Below are positions 56,910 through 64,000 of a stretch of DNA of 64,000 bases, in pieces. The stretch is from Gemmatimonas sp. GTDB lineage: Bacteria; Gemmatimonadota; Gemmatimonadetes; Gemmatimonadales; Gemmatimonadaceae. The stretch is from assembly GCA_031414535.1 (NCBI GenBank), contig JANNVQ010000054.1, forward strand, positions 118,840-182,839, in the 5' to 3' direction. Below the pieces are notes generated by a model. The model was not told the DNA's origin. It saw only the letters and a list, made by a program, of their open reading frames with translations, and ran no database searches. The position numbers and the translations under genes were made by a program. Within the stretch, counting starts at the first letter, position 1. Every line of letters starts with the position of its first letter.

Positions 56910-59420
56910 TCAGTCGTACCGGAGAGCGTGCATCGGATCTACCTGAGAGGCGCGACGGGCCGGCAAATAACCCGCCGTCATGGCCACTACGGCCAAGAGC
57001 AGCACTGAGATTCCGAGTGCCAGCGGATCGTAAGGTTGAATCTCAAACAGAAGTGACTGCGCCGCACGCCCAAGCGCAAATGCCGCCGCCAATCCGGCCA
57101 CGCCGCCAATCAGGAGCATCATTCCCACCTGACGCAGCACCATACCACGGACATCGCCGGCGTCTGCACCCAGCGCCATCCGCACACCAATCTCACGCGT
57201 ACGCTGGGCCACGGAGTACGCGAGAACACCATACAGGCCTACCGATGCCAACAGCGTCGCGAGCACCGCGAACGCGCTCGACAAAATGCTGATCATGCGA
57301 TCCAAGAAAATGTTCTCGCGAATCTGCTGCGGCATGGTTTTCAGGTCCTCCACCGGCAGCGTGCCATCCATGCGCTTCAGTACGGCGGGTATCTGCGTCA
57401 GCAGTTGTTCGGGCGGCAACGAGGTGCGCACGTACCAGTTCATGAAGCTCGTGCGCGTATCCTGACGCCAGGGCGTGTAGAACACGGGTCGTGGGCCGTT
57501 CTCCTCCTTCACATCGCTGTAGCCGATGTTCGGCACTACGCCGACGATGAGAATGGTGAGTGAGTCGCCGCGATCGCCGCGGGTGCCCATAAACTTGCCC
57601 ACCGCATCGCGGCCCAAGGCGAACTTCGCGGCAAAGGCCTCATTAACAATTGCCACCTGCGTGGCACCACTGATGTCGGAGCTATTGAAGTCGCGCCCAG
57701 AAATCAGCCGCACACCCAGAATCGTAAAGAAGTCGGGGCCGAGCTCGCTGTAGTTGGCGTTGCAGTCCGTGTCCGGACCGCAGTCGAAGCCCTCAACACG
57801 TACGTCGTTGCCCCAGTTGTTGCCAGCCAGGAGCGGCACCATTGATGAGGTCACGCCCGTCACACCCGGCAGAGACTTCAGTTCCTCCTCTAGGCGCGCA
57901 TTAAACACACCGGCGCGCAGCGTATCGTAGCCCACTCGGCCCGGAGATGTCGCAAAGGTGACCACATCGTCGAGCTTCATACCCAAGTCTACTTGGGAGA
58001 CCTTCGAGAGTGACTTCACGAAGAGGCCCGCTGACGCCAACAGGGCCATCGAGAGGGCAATCTGTACCGTGACGAGGGCGTTCCGGAACCGCGCCGAAGT
58101 ATGGCCACCGGCAATCTGCCCCGCGCCGGCACGAATGGCCCCGATCAGGTCGGGCCGCGTGCTCTGCAAGGCTGGGTAGAGACCGAAGATGAACCCCGTG
58201 GCCACGGCCAGTAGCGCCGCGAAGGTCATCACGCGGCCATCCACGCGGAAGTTCATCGTGACCACCGCCTCCGGTGGCAAGAAGCCCGCGATGGCCGCCA
58301 ACGTCCATTTGGCCACCACCAAACTCAGCAGACCGCCCAGCGTGGCCAGCAACAGCGATTCCGTCATCAACTGCGAGAGCAACTGCTTGCGCGAAGCACC
58401 GAGCGCCAAGCGTACGCCCATCTCGGTGGCGCGCCCTGCCCCGCGCGCAAGCAAGAGGTTCGCCACATTGGCGCAGGCAATCAGCAGCACCGTGCCCGTG
58501 ATGGCGAACAGCAGCAAGAGAGGAGTCTGCGCATTCTCGTGAATACTGCTCTGGCCGCGGTATCCCGGCGACACCAGCATCGACTTGTCCTTGAAGCGAG
58601 CCAGCGTCTGCTCGCTCATCCCCTCCTGCAACGGCGCCTCGACCTCGGCGAGAATCGGGCGGTACACCGCATTCAGTTCAGCGGCCGCCTGCTCCAATGA
58701 ACCACCCGACTTTAACCGACCGAATAGATAGAGCGAATAGTCTCGGCGATTCTCGTAGCCCTTGTAGCCGGTGGTCGAGAACGCCCAGCGCATCGTCAGC
58801 GGCACGTAGACCAACGGCCGTGATCCCGCAGTCGCGCCTTCGAAGCTCTTCGGCAATACTCCGATGATCTCCATCGGATTCCCGTTCACCGTCATGGACT
58901 TACCAATCACGTCCGTGCGGGCGCCAAACCGATCCCGCCACAGCGAGTGAGAGATGACGACGATGTACTGGCCGTCAATGATGCGGTCGTCATCCGGGCC
59001 AAACGCGCGGCCGAGTGCGGCCTGCACCTGCAGCGTCGGAAAGTATCCGCCGGAGACAAAGGCGCCCTCGCCGACGCTGGGTTCGTTATCAATCGAAAGG
59101 CTGGCGCCAAAGAGGCGGCTCGCCGCCACACCCGCGAGTGCCGTCTGCTTGCTCTCGATATCCCGGAACATGGGATACGAGAAAATCTCATCGCACTCGC
59201 CCTGTTGGTTGCAGGAGTTGCTGCCCGGCATCGGGCCAGGTGCGGAGAGGTTCACCAGCTCCTGAGCGCTCGGCACCGGTAGCGCCCGCAGCAGGAGTTG
59301 ATCGAACAGCGAGTAGATGGCCGCGTTCGCGCCGATGCCGAGCGCGAGTGATAGCACCGCAACCGCTGTGACGAACGGCGTCTTGCGGAGCATCCGCAGC
59401 GCGAGAACGAGTTGCCGCAT
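56910..59420 (-). CDS. Duplicated MacB/FtsX-type ABC permease (ADOP-like)
   Basis: LALGIGANAAI, LLIACANVANLLL, RTREIGVRMALGA, PARRASQVDPM. Confidence 0.93.
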   Translation of the reverse strand: MRQLVLALRMLRKTPFVTAVAVLSLALGIGANAAIYSLFDQLLLRALPVPSAQELVNLSAPGPMPGSNSCNQQGECDEIFSYPMFRDIESKQTALAGVAASRLFGASLSIDNEPSVGEGAFVSGGYFPTLQVQAALGRAFGPDDDRIIDGQYIVVISHSLWRDRFGARTDVIGKSMTVNGNPMEIIGVLPKSFEGATAGSRPLVYVPLTMRWAFSTTGYKGYENRRDYSLYLFGRLKSGGSLEQAAAELNAVYRPILAEVEAPLQEGMSEQTLARFKDKSMLVSPGYRGQSSIHENAQTPLLLLFAITGTVLLIACANVANLLLARGAGRATEMGVRLALGASRKQLLSQLMTESLLLATLGGLLSLVVAKWTLAAIAGFLPPEAVVTMNFRVDGRVMTFAALLAVATGFIFGLYPALQSTRPDLIGAIRAGAGQIAGGHTSARFRNALVTVQIALSMALLASAGLFVKSLSKVSQVDLGMKLDDVVTFATSPGRVGYDTLRAGVFNARLEEELKSLPGVTGVTSSMVPLLAGNNWGNDVRVEGFDCGPDTDCNANYSELGPDFFTILGVRLISGRDFNSSDISGATQVAIVNEAFAAKFALGRDAVGKFMGTRGDRGDSLTILIVGVVPNIGYSDVKEENGPRPVFYTPWRQDTRTSFMNWYVRTSLPPEQLLTQIPAVLKRMDGTLPVEDLKTMPQQIRENIFLDRMISILSSAFAVLATLLASVGLYGVLAYSVAQRTREIGVRMALGADAGDVRGMVLRQVGMMLLIGGVAGLAAAFALGRAAQSLLFEIQPYDPLALGISVLLLAVVAMTAGYLPARRASQVDPMHALRYD

Positions 59421-59446
59421 GGTAAGCCCGGGTGGGAAAGAATCGA

Positions 59447-59485
59447 GGGACCGCAGGGTGTCAGCATTCTGACACTCCCGGTCCC
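59447..59485. promoter_or_regulatory. Nested inverted repeat upstream of the ABC exporter operon
   Basis: GGGACCG..GTGTCAG-CATT-CTGACAC..CGGTCCC. Confidence 0.5.
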
Positions 59486-59510
59486 CCGAAGGTTTGGAGA
59501 CATCTGGGCC

Positions 59511-59536
59511 TACGCCCCCGCCGGAGCGGGGGTTTC
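59511..59536 (-). promoter_or_regulatory. ECF-type promoter candidate
   Basis: GAAAC-N17-CGTA upstream of the ABC permease. Confidence 0.55.
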
Positions 59537-59543
59537 GCCTCGA

Positions 59544-60623
59544 CTACTGAGACAGTGGCACGTCAAGCACGGTGTACACCGGATCCAGCAGGGCCCCGTA
59601 CCAATTCCACGTGCTGTTGAACCACGCGAAGATGGCCTCGAGCACCTGCTCTTGTTCGGGCGTCAACGGCGCACCCTCGGCATTGGTGAACTCGCTCGGA
59701 ACGCCTTCGGAGTTGATGGTCATCGTGGCGAAGGTGCGATTGCCCACCTTTACCGTGACGGTGCCGCCGGTGTTGAAGTTGAGCGTGCCCACCACTTCAA
59801 CCTTCGACAGACCGCGCTGCATCACCCCATTAATGGTGAATCCAGCCTGGCCAATGCCGAGGGTGGTCCGCGAGGTCAGACCGCGAGACGGGATGGCTGT
59901 ACGCCACACGGCAGTCACGGTGCTGTTGTTGAGGTTCACCGCCACGGCAAGGGAGAAGGTGGCTGAATTCGGTCCGACACCCGCCGTACCGTCCACGCGG
60001 AAGCTGGGAACCTGTTGCGTGCCGCCAACCGTCGCCACGTACTCGAGCAGCTTCGTGCCGTTGGTGCTGAACACGGCAAGGCGGGCGACGGGGCTACTGA
60101 CCGTCCCTTCGCGCGAGACGTTGACGTACCCAATGTAGACCAGGGGGTTCGCCGGAAGCCCAGTCACCGGGTCAATCTGATAGAGTCTGAAGCGGACGCC
60201 GTTGGCCGGCGCGCCGGTGATGTCCGAGAGCACATACTCCTGCGTGGTCGGGTTCCACACCAAGGTCCGGCCGAGCAGGGCGGCAGGGATCGCCGAAAGC
60301 GGCTCTGCCGCGGTGTACGATTCCGCGCGATCCAGCATCCGGCGCGCGCTGCGTGGATCAGAAGGCCGCGTCGGACCTGCCGCCACGATGGACGCCATCG
60401 ATCTCGGAAGACCGCCGAAATCGATCAAGGCGTTGTCAATCGCGTAACCGACCTCGGCGAGGGATGTCGTTTGCGTGTTCTCGAACGCCGCCTGTGTCAG
60501 CTCGATGTCCTCGGTCACGGCCGCGGTCTCGAGCGTCGTCGGAAGCGCAGTCTCCTCGCCGCAGGCAGCCAGCGCAAAGAGTGCAGCCGCGAGCAAAAAA
60601 CTCGAGCGGAATGAAGCCAGCAT
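59544..60623 (-). CDS. Hypothetical lipoprotein
   Basis: Lipobox LAAC; beta-rich body with GAPANGVRFRLY; alternative start at 60635. Confidence 0.75.
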   Translation of the reverse strand: MLASFRSSFLLAAALFALAACGEETALPTTLETAAVTEDIELTQAAFENTQTTSLAEVGYAIDNALIDFGGLPRSMASIVAAGPTRPSDPRSARRMLDRAESYTAAEPLSAIPAALLGRTLVWNPTTQEYVLSDITGAPANGVRFRLYQIDPVTGLPANPLVYIGYVNVSREGTVSSPVARLAVFSTNGTKLLEYVATVGGTQQVPSFRVDGTAGVGPNSATFSLAVAVNLNNSTVTAVWRTAIPSRGLTSRTTLGIGQAGFTINGVMQRGLSKVEVVGTLNFNTGGTVTVKVGNRTFATMTINSEGVPSEFTNAEGAPLTPEQEQVLEAIFAWFNSTWNWYGALLDPVYTVLDVPLSQ

Positions 60624-60651
60624 TGAATTCACCATTCTGGAAAGGTTAAAC

Positions 60652-60673
60652 CGAGCCCGCAGATGCGGGCTCG
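60652..60673 (-). terminator. GC hairpin followed by a short T-rich stretch (terminator or 5'-UTR stem)
   Basis: CGAGCCCGCA-GA-TGCGGGCTCG; the minus strand continues GTTTAACCTTT. Confidence 0.4.
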
Positions 60674-60759
60674 CAACTGATTCGACGATACAAAATGTCC
60701 CCGCGGTACGCGTCGGTGGTGTGATTCGCGTCACGCAAGCGCACAAAGGGTTAGCGCTC

Positions 60760-61008
60760 TTACGGCTTTGGCGCAGCGGAGTCACGCTCGACCAAAACCG
60801 TGTAGTCGGTGGCCAGCACGGCCACGCTCGCCACCGCCGCCCAAAAAGGCAAGAGCGCGGATGCCGCAATGCCCGCGTTGAGCGGCAGGTCCAAAAGCGC
60901 GCGCCCTTCAGGGTTCCGAAGTACCACGCGACGCACGTTGCCTTCCTTGATCAGCGCTCGCAGGCGCTCAACCAGCTTGGCGCCACTCACCTTGAACTCT
61001 TCCATCAC
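60760..61008 (-). CDS. DUF4342 domain protein
   Basis: EEFKVSG..LIKEGNVRRVVL..LLDLPL. Confidence 0.85.
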   Translation of the reverse strand: MMEEFKVSGAKLVERLRALIKEGNVRRVVLRNPEGRALLDLPLNAGIAASALLPFWAAVASVAVLATDYTVLVERDSAAPKP

Positions 61009-61033
61009 AGACTCCGTTGGAGGTCAATCCCCA

Positions 61034-61059
61034 TACGCGCGCCGCGCCCTCATGGTGTC
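61034..61059 (-). promoter_or_regulatory. ECF-type promoter candidate
   Basis: GACAC-N17-CGTA upstream of DUF4342. Confidence 0.4.
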
Positions 61060-61064
61060 AGAAT

Positions 61065-61562
61065 TCAGCGGGGTCGCTCGGGCCAAATCTCATCGGGGCG
61101 CGCGGGCAGGGGCTGGTTGACCCCAAGGCGCCGCGCATCCACCTCCGCAAAGATGAAATTCTCAGGCGCCACTGGCGCCCCCTGGAGGCGCCGTAGCATC
61201 GCGAGCTGACCCACATGGGTCATCACATCCGCCAAGGGTCCCTGGACCAACTGCTCCGCGCTCATCGAACCGAGCCCGCCAGCCTCGTCCAACTCACCTC
61301 GGAGGCTCTCGAGCATCTCATGAAAGCGCTCTTGCTCCGCGACGAAACTCGCCAAGGCATCGGGCTTGATGGGATATGTCCCGCCCACCTTAAAGGTGCG
61401 CGCATAGCCCAGCACCGAGGTCATGTGACGCAAAATCTCCACCGGCGTCCGCGCCGCTGTGCCCGCGCTGAACGCGGGGTACTCAGCGGGCGCATCGCGC
61501 AGCGCCTTCTGCGTGCGATACGCGATAGTCGCGAGAAAATGTGAGACAATCGCCCGACCCAT
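61065..61562 (-). CDS. DinB-like four-helix-bundle protein
   Basis: RTPVEILRHM, QGPLADVMTHVGQLAMLRR. Confidence 0.75.
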   Translation of the reverse strand: MGRAIVSHFLATIAYRTQKALRDAPAEYPAFSAGTAARTPVEILRHMTSVLGYARTFKVGGTYPIKPDALASFVAEQERFHEMLESLRGELDEAGGLGSMSAEQLVQGPLADVMTHVGQLAMLRRLQGAPVAPENFIFAEVDARRLGVNQPLPARPDEIWPERPR

Positions 61563-61565
61563 TCC

Positions 61566-62177
61566 CTACCCCCTCGCCGTCACCTCGACGAGCGCAATCT
61601 GGTACACTGCCGTCCACTCCCAGTGGGCCAGACGGCCAACCGGCAGAAGAAATTTACGGAATGCGCTCGGTGTCCAAAAGTTGACGTGGCCGGGATCTTG
61701 GCCAATACCCGTGGCCACCGTAAGCGCGCAGATGCTACGGAACACGGGTTCTAGCGGGACGGAGATTAGCAACCAGCGCGCGGACACGCGAGCGAGTTCG
61801 TCCCGCACCCGCTCCGGTTGCGGGATATGCTCGAGCACCTGCGAGCAGAGCACGAGTTCGGCGCTGTTAGAGGGCTGGCTCATTTCTCGGAGATCACCCA
61901 CGCTCCACCGGCATTCAGGATTCTTCTCGGCGGCGAATCGCACCGCACCAGCGCTTGCGTCCACACCCTCCCAATCCGCGCTCACCCCGCGGTCGCGAAG
62001 TCCGCGGTACACGTAGCCCTCGCCGCAGCCGGCGTCGAGCACCGTGGCAGGCCTCAAGCTGCGCACGAGGTGAGCCATGCGACTCAAATAGCGAGAAAGG
62101 ACGCCTTGGTACAGCCCGTTTCCGTACTCCCACTTTCGCAGATTGTTTGAATCGTGGGTGAGCGCCGAGGTGGTCAT
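61566..62177 (-). CDS. Class I SAM-dependent methyltransferase
   Basis: VLDAGCGEG, CSQVLEH, ISVP, PGHV. Confidence 0.88.
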   Translation of the reverse strand: MTTSALTHDSNNLRKWEYGNGLYQGVLSRYLSRMAHLVRSLRPATVLDAGCGEGYVYRGLRDRGVSADWEGVDASAGAVRFAAEKNPECRWSVGDLREMSQPSNSAELVLCSQVLEHIPQPERVRDELARVSARWLLISVPLEPVFRSICALTVATGIGQDPGHVNFWTPSAFRKFLLPVGRLAHWEWTAVYQIALVEVTARG

Positions 62178-62381
62178 CGTGTGGATGGGTAGAGTTTCCG
62201 TGCCGTACCGGGAATGCCACGAGAATGGGCTATCCGAGCGACGCCGCTATGTTGGCTCGGCCACGCCTCTGTAACAGACGTTCACAGACTTTGGCGCCGC
62301 CGCTGGCGCCCAGGGTGGGAACAGCGGAACTTGCAGGCAGAGGCGGGTATGACCACGCGACCGCTCCACGAGGAGACCCCA

Positions 62382-63893
62382 ATGCGGCGTACCACCCTAG
62401 GACTACAGCTGCTTTCCGCCCTCGCTTTTGCCACCCCAGCCAACACGCTGTGGGCCCAGAACGCGCAGGTCGCCACCGCAGCTGACGAACGCTGGTCGAA
62501 CGAGGAACTCGACAACCTCCTCGCGCCCATCGCGCTGTATCCCGACCCCATTCTCGCGCAGGTACTCGTCGCCGCCACCTATCCAGATCAGGTACTGGCG
62601 GCTCAGGCGCATGTGCGGGCATTTGGGAGCCAGAACATCGATGAGATGCCGTGGGAGATTAGCGTCAAGGCAGTAGCTCGGTATGAGCCAGTGCTCAACC
62701 TGCTCGCCGAGGGCGAGGACTGGATGACCGCCGTTGGTCAGGCCTACGCCTCGCAGCCGGTGGACGTCATGAACGCCGTGCAGCGCCTCCGCGTGATGGC
62801 CAATGCGCAGGGTAACCTGCAGAGCACCCCGCAGCAGCAGGTGGTGGTGGAACGCGAGGTCATTCGCATCGTGCCCGCCGAGCCACAGATTATTTACGTG
62901 CCCACCTATGACCCGGCGGTCGTGTATCACCGCCCGGTGTATGTGACACACGCGCACCCCGACTACTGGAGCTGGGGCGTGGGCTACCCCGTGGGCGTGT
63001 GGCTCACCTATGACGTGGATTGGTGGGGTCACCGCGTGTACCACCACGGCTGGCATTCGTACGGCCCCCGTTGGGTGGTGGTATCACGTCCCTTCATCGT
63101 CATCAATCCTTGGTATGTGTCTCCACGCCATACCGTGATCGTCGTGAACCGTGGCATCGGGTATCGTCGTTGGGACACCAATCGTGTGCGCCGCTATAGC
63201 AGCATTCATCGCAACGTGGGCTATGATCGTCATGATCGCGGCTTCCGTCGTGACGCGCGCGATGTGAGTCGCGACGGCAACCGCGGCGACAACGGCCGCC
63301 GCTTGGGCCCCGGCAATGCAGATCAGCGCGTGGTTCCGCTGCCTGGCGCCCCATCGCGAGTGGCACGCGGGTCGGAACGCGAAAATGATCGCGGCGACGC
63401 GGCTCGCAGCGGCGCCCCGAGGAGCAGCAGTGCCCCACGGAGCAGCGCTACGCCACGAACCAGTGGCGAGACTGCCCGTAGCTCGAATGGCACCTGGAAC
63501 CCCCGCCCATCGCGGCAGAGCGTTGAACCCACTCGATCGCAGCGAACTGAAACCACGGCACCTCGCAGCAACGGCAACTCGACGCCACGGGTGTCGGCCC
63601 CGCGGGCCCGTGAGCAGAGCGCGCCACGCGTCTCGGCTCCTCGCGGTGGTGGGCAGAGTGCCCCACGAGCCTCGGCTCCACGCGGAAATGACCAACGCGC
63701 CCCCCGCGCCTCGGCCCCCCGCGCCTCGGCCCCCCGCGGCGGCGGCTCCAGCGCGCCCCGCGCATCGGCACCACGCTCGAGCGGCGGTAGTGAGGCCCGC
63801 GGATCGGATCGGGGCGGCTCGAGCGGCAATTCTAGGGGCAGTTCAAGCGGCGGCGGTAGCGCTCGCGGCTCGGGACGTACCCGCGGAAACTGA
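62382..63893 (+). CDS. DUF3300 domain exported protein with a low-complexity R/S/G/A/P tail
   Basis: SD GAGGAG; LLAPIALYPDPILAQVL, VQRLR, IYVPTYDP; repeated SAPR units. Confidence 0.9.
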   Translation: MRRTTLGLQLLSALAFATPANTLWAQNAQVATAADERWSNEELDNLLAPIALYPDPILAQVLVAATYPDQVLAAQAHVRAFGSQNIDEMPWEISVKAVARYEPVLNLLAEGEDWMTAVGQAYASQPVDVMNAVQRLRVMANAQGNLQSTPQQQVVVEREVIRIVPAEPQIIYVPTYDPAVVYHRPVYVTHAHPDYWSWGVGYPVGVWLTYDVDWWGHRVYHHGWHSYGPRWVVVSRPFIVINPWYVSPRHTVIVVNRGIGYRRWDTNRVRRYSSIHRNVGYDRHDRGFRRDARDVSRDGNRGDNGRRLGPGNADQRVVPLPGAPSRVARGSERENDRGDAARSGAPRSSSAPRSSATPRTSGETARSSNGTWNPRPSRQSVEPTRSQRTETTAPRSNGNSTPRVSAPRAREQSAPRVSAPRGGGQSAPRASAPRGNDQRAPRASAPRASAPRGGGSSAPRASAPRSSGGSEARGSDRGGSSGNSRGSSSGGGSARGSGRTRGN

Positions 63894-63920
63894 ACTCCGA
63901 GCGAAACGTTGACCTGACGC

Positions 63921-63944
63921 GGGGGGGGGGGGGGGGGGGGGGGG
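63921..63944. repeat. G24 homopolymer
   Basis: 24 consecutive G followed by further G runs. Confidence 0.9.
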
Positions 63945-64000
63945 CGCGGGGGGAGTGGGGGACCCAATCGCAACCTAGGGGTGACGCCCGGGGCGGTTTT

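Noticed and set aside
60707..60733. Sixth ECF-like promoter (TGACGC-N17-CGTA)
   Set aside because: The -35 box is too divergent and overlaps the CRP-like box; not counted.

Overview
GC-rich, gene-dense bacterial chromosomal segment. The gene families (DUF885, Met-zincin, ADOP-type permease, plug-only carboxypeptidase-regulatory protein, long TamB) suggest Gemmatimonadota, which is an inference. Contents, in order: a CHASE3 histidine-kinase-like gene whose phospho-His is replaced by Gln; a sahR-like regulator with ahcY; housekeeping and envelope genes (trpF-like, lspA, hrpB, tamA/tamB); signalling genes; a phenylacetyl-CoA catabolic cluster (paaABCD, paaG, H, I, J, Y, Z) that lacks paaK, paaE and paaX but contains a fused 2-oxoacid dehydrogenase E1 and a divergent Leu/Phe/Val-dehydrogenase-like gene; an XRE-led S41 peptidase operon; two cytochromes c; a MacAB-like ABC exporter; and a DUF3300 protein. 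I saw no tRNA, rRNA, CRISPR array, transposase or integrase. The most notable signals are non-coding: (1) a promoter, 28-aa leader ORF and antiterminator/terminator attenuator in front of a MATE efflux gene, the whole unit bracketed by 23-bp direct repeats inside the paa cluster; (2) two families of palindromic intergenic repeats built from 7-bp and 8-bp units; (3) five ECF-type promoters with identical 17-bp spacing; (4) many leaderless-type -10 boxes, including an 18-bp bidirectional promoter. All product calls come from motif recognition by eye; no database searches were run.
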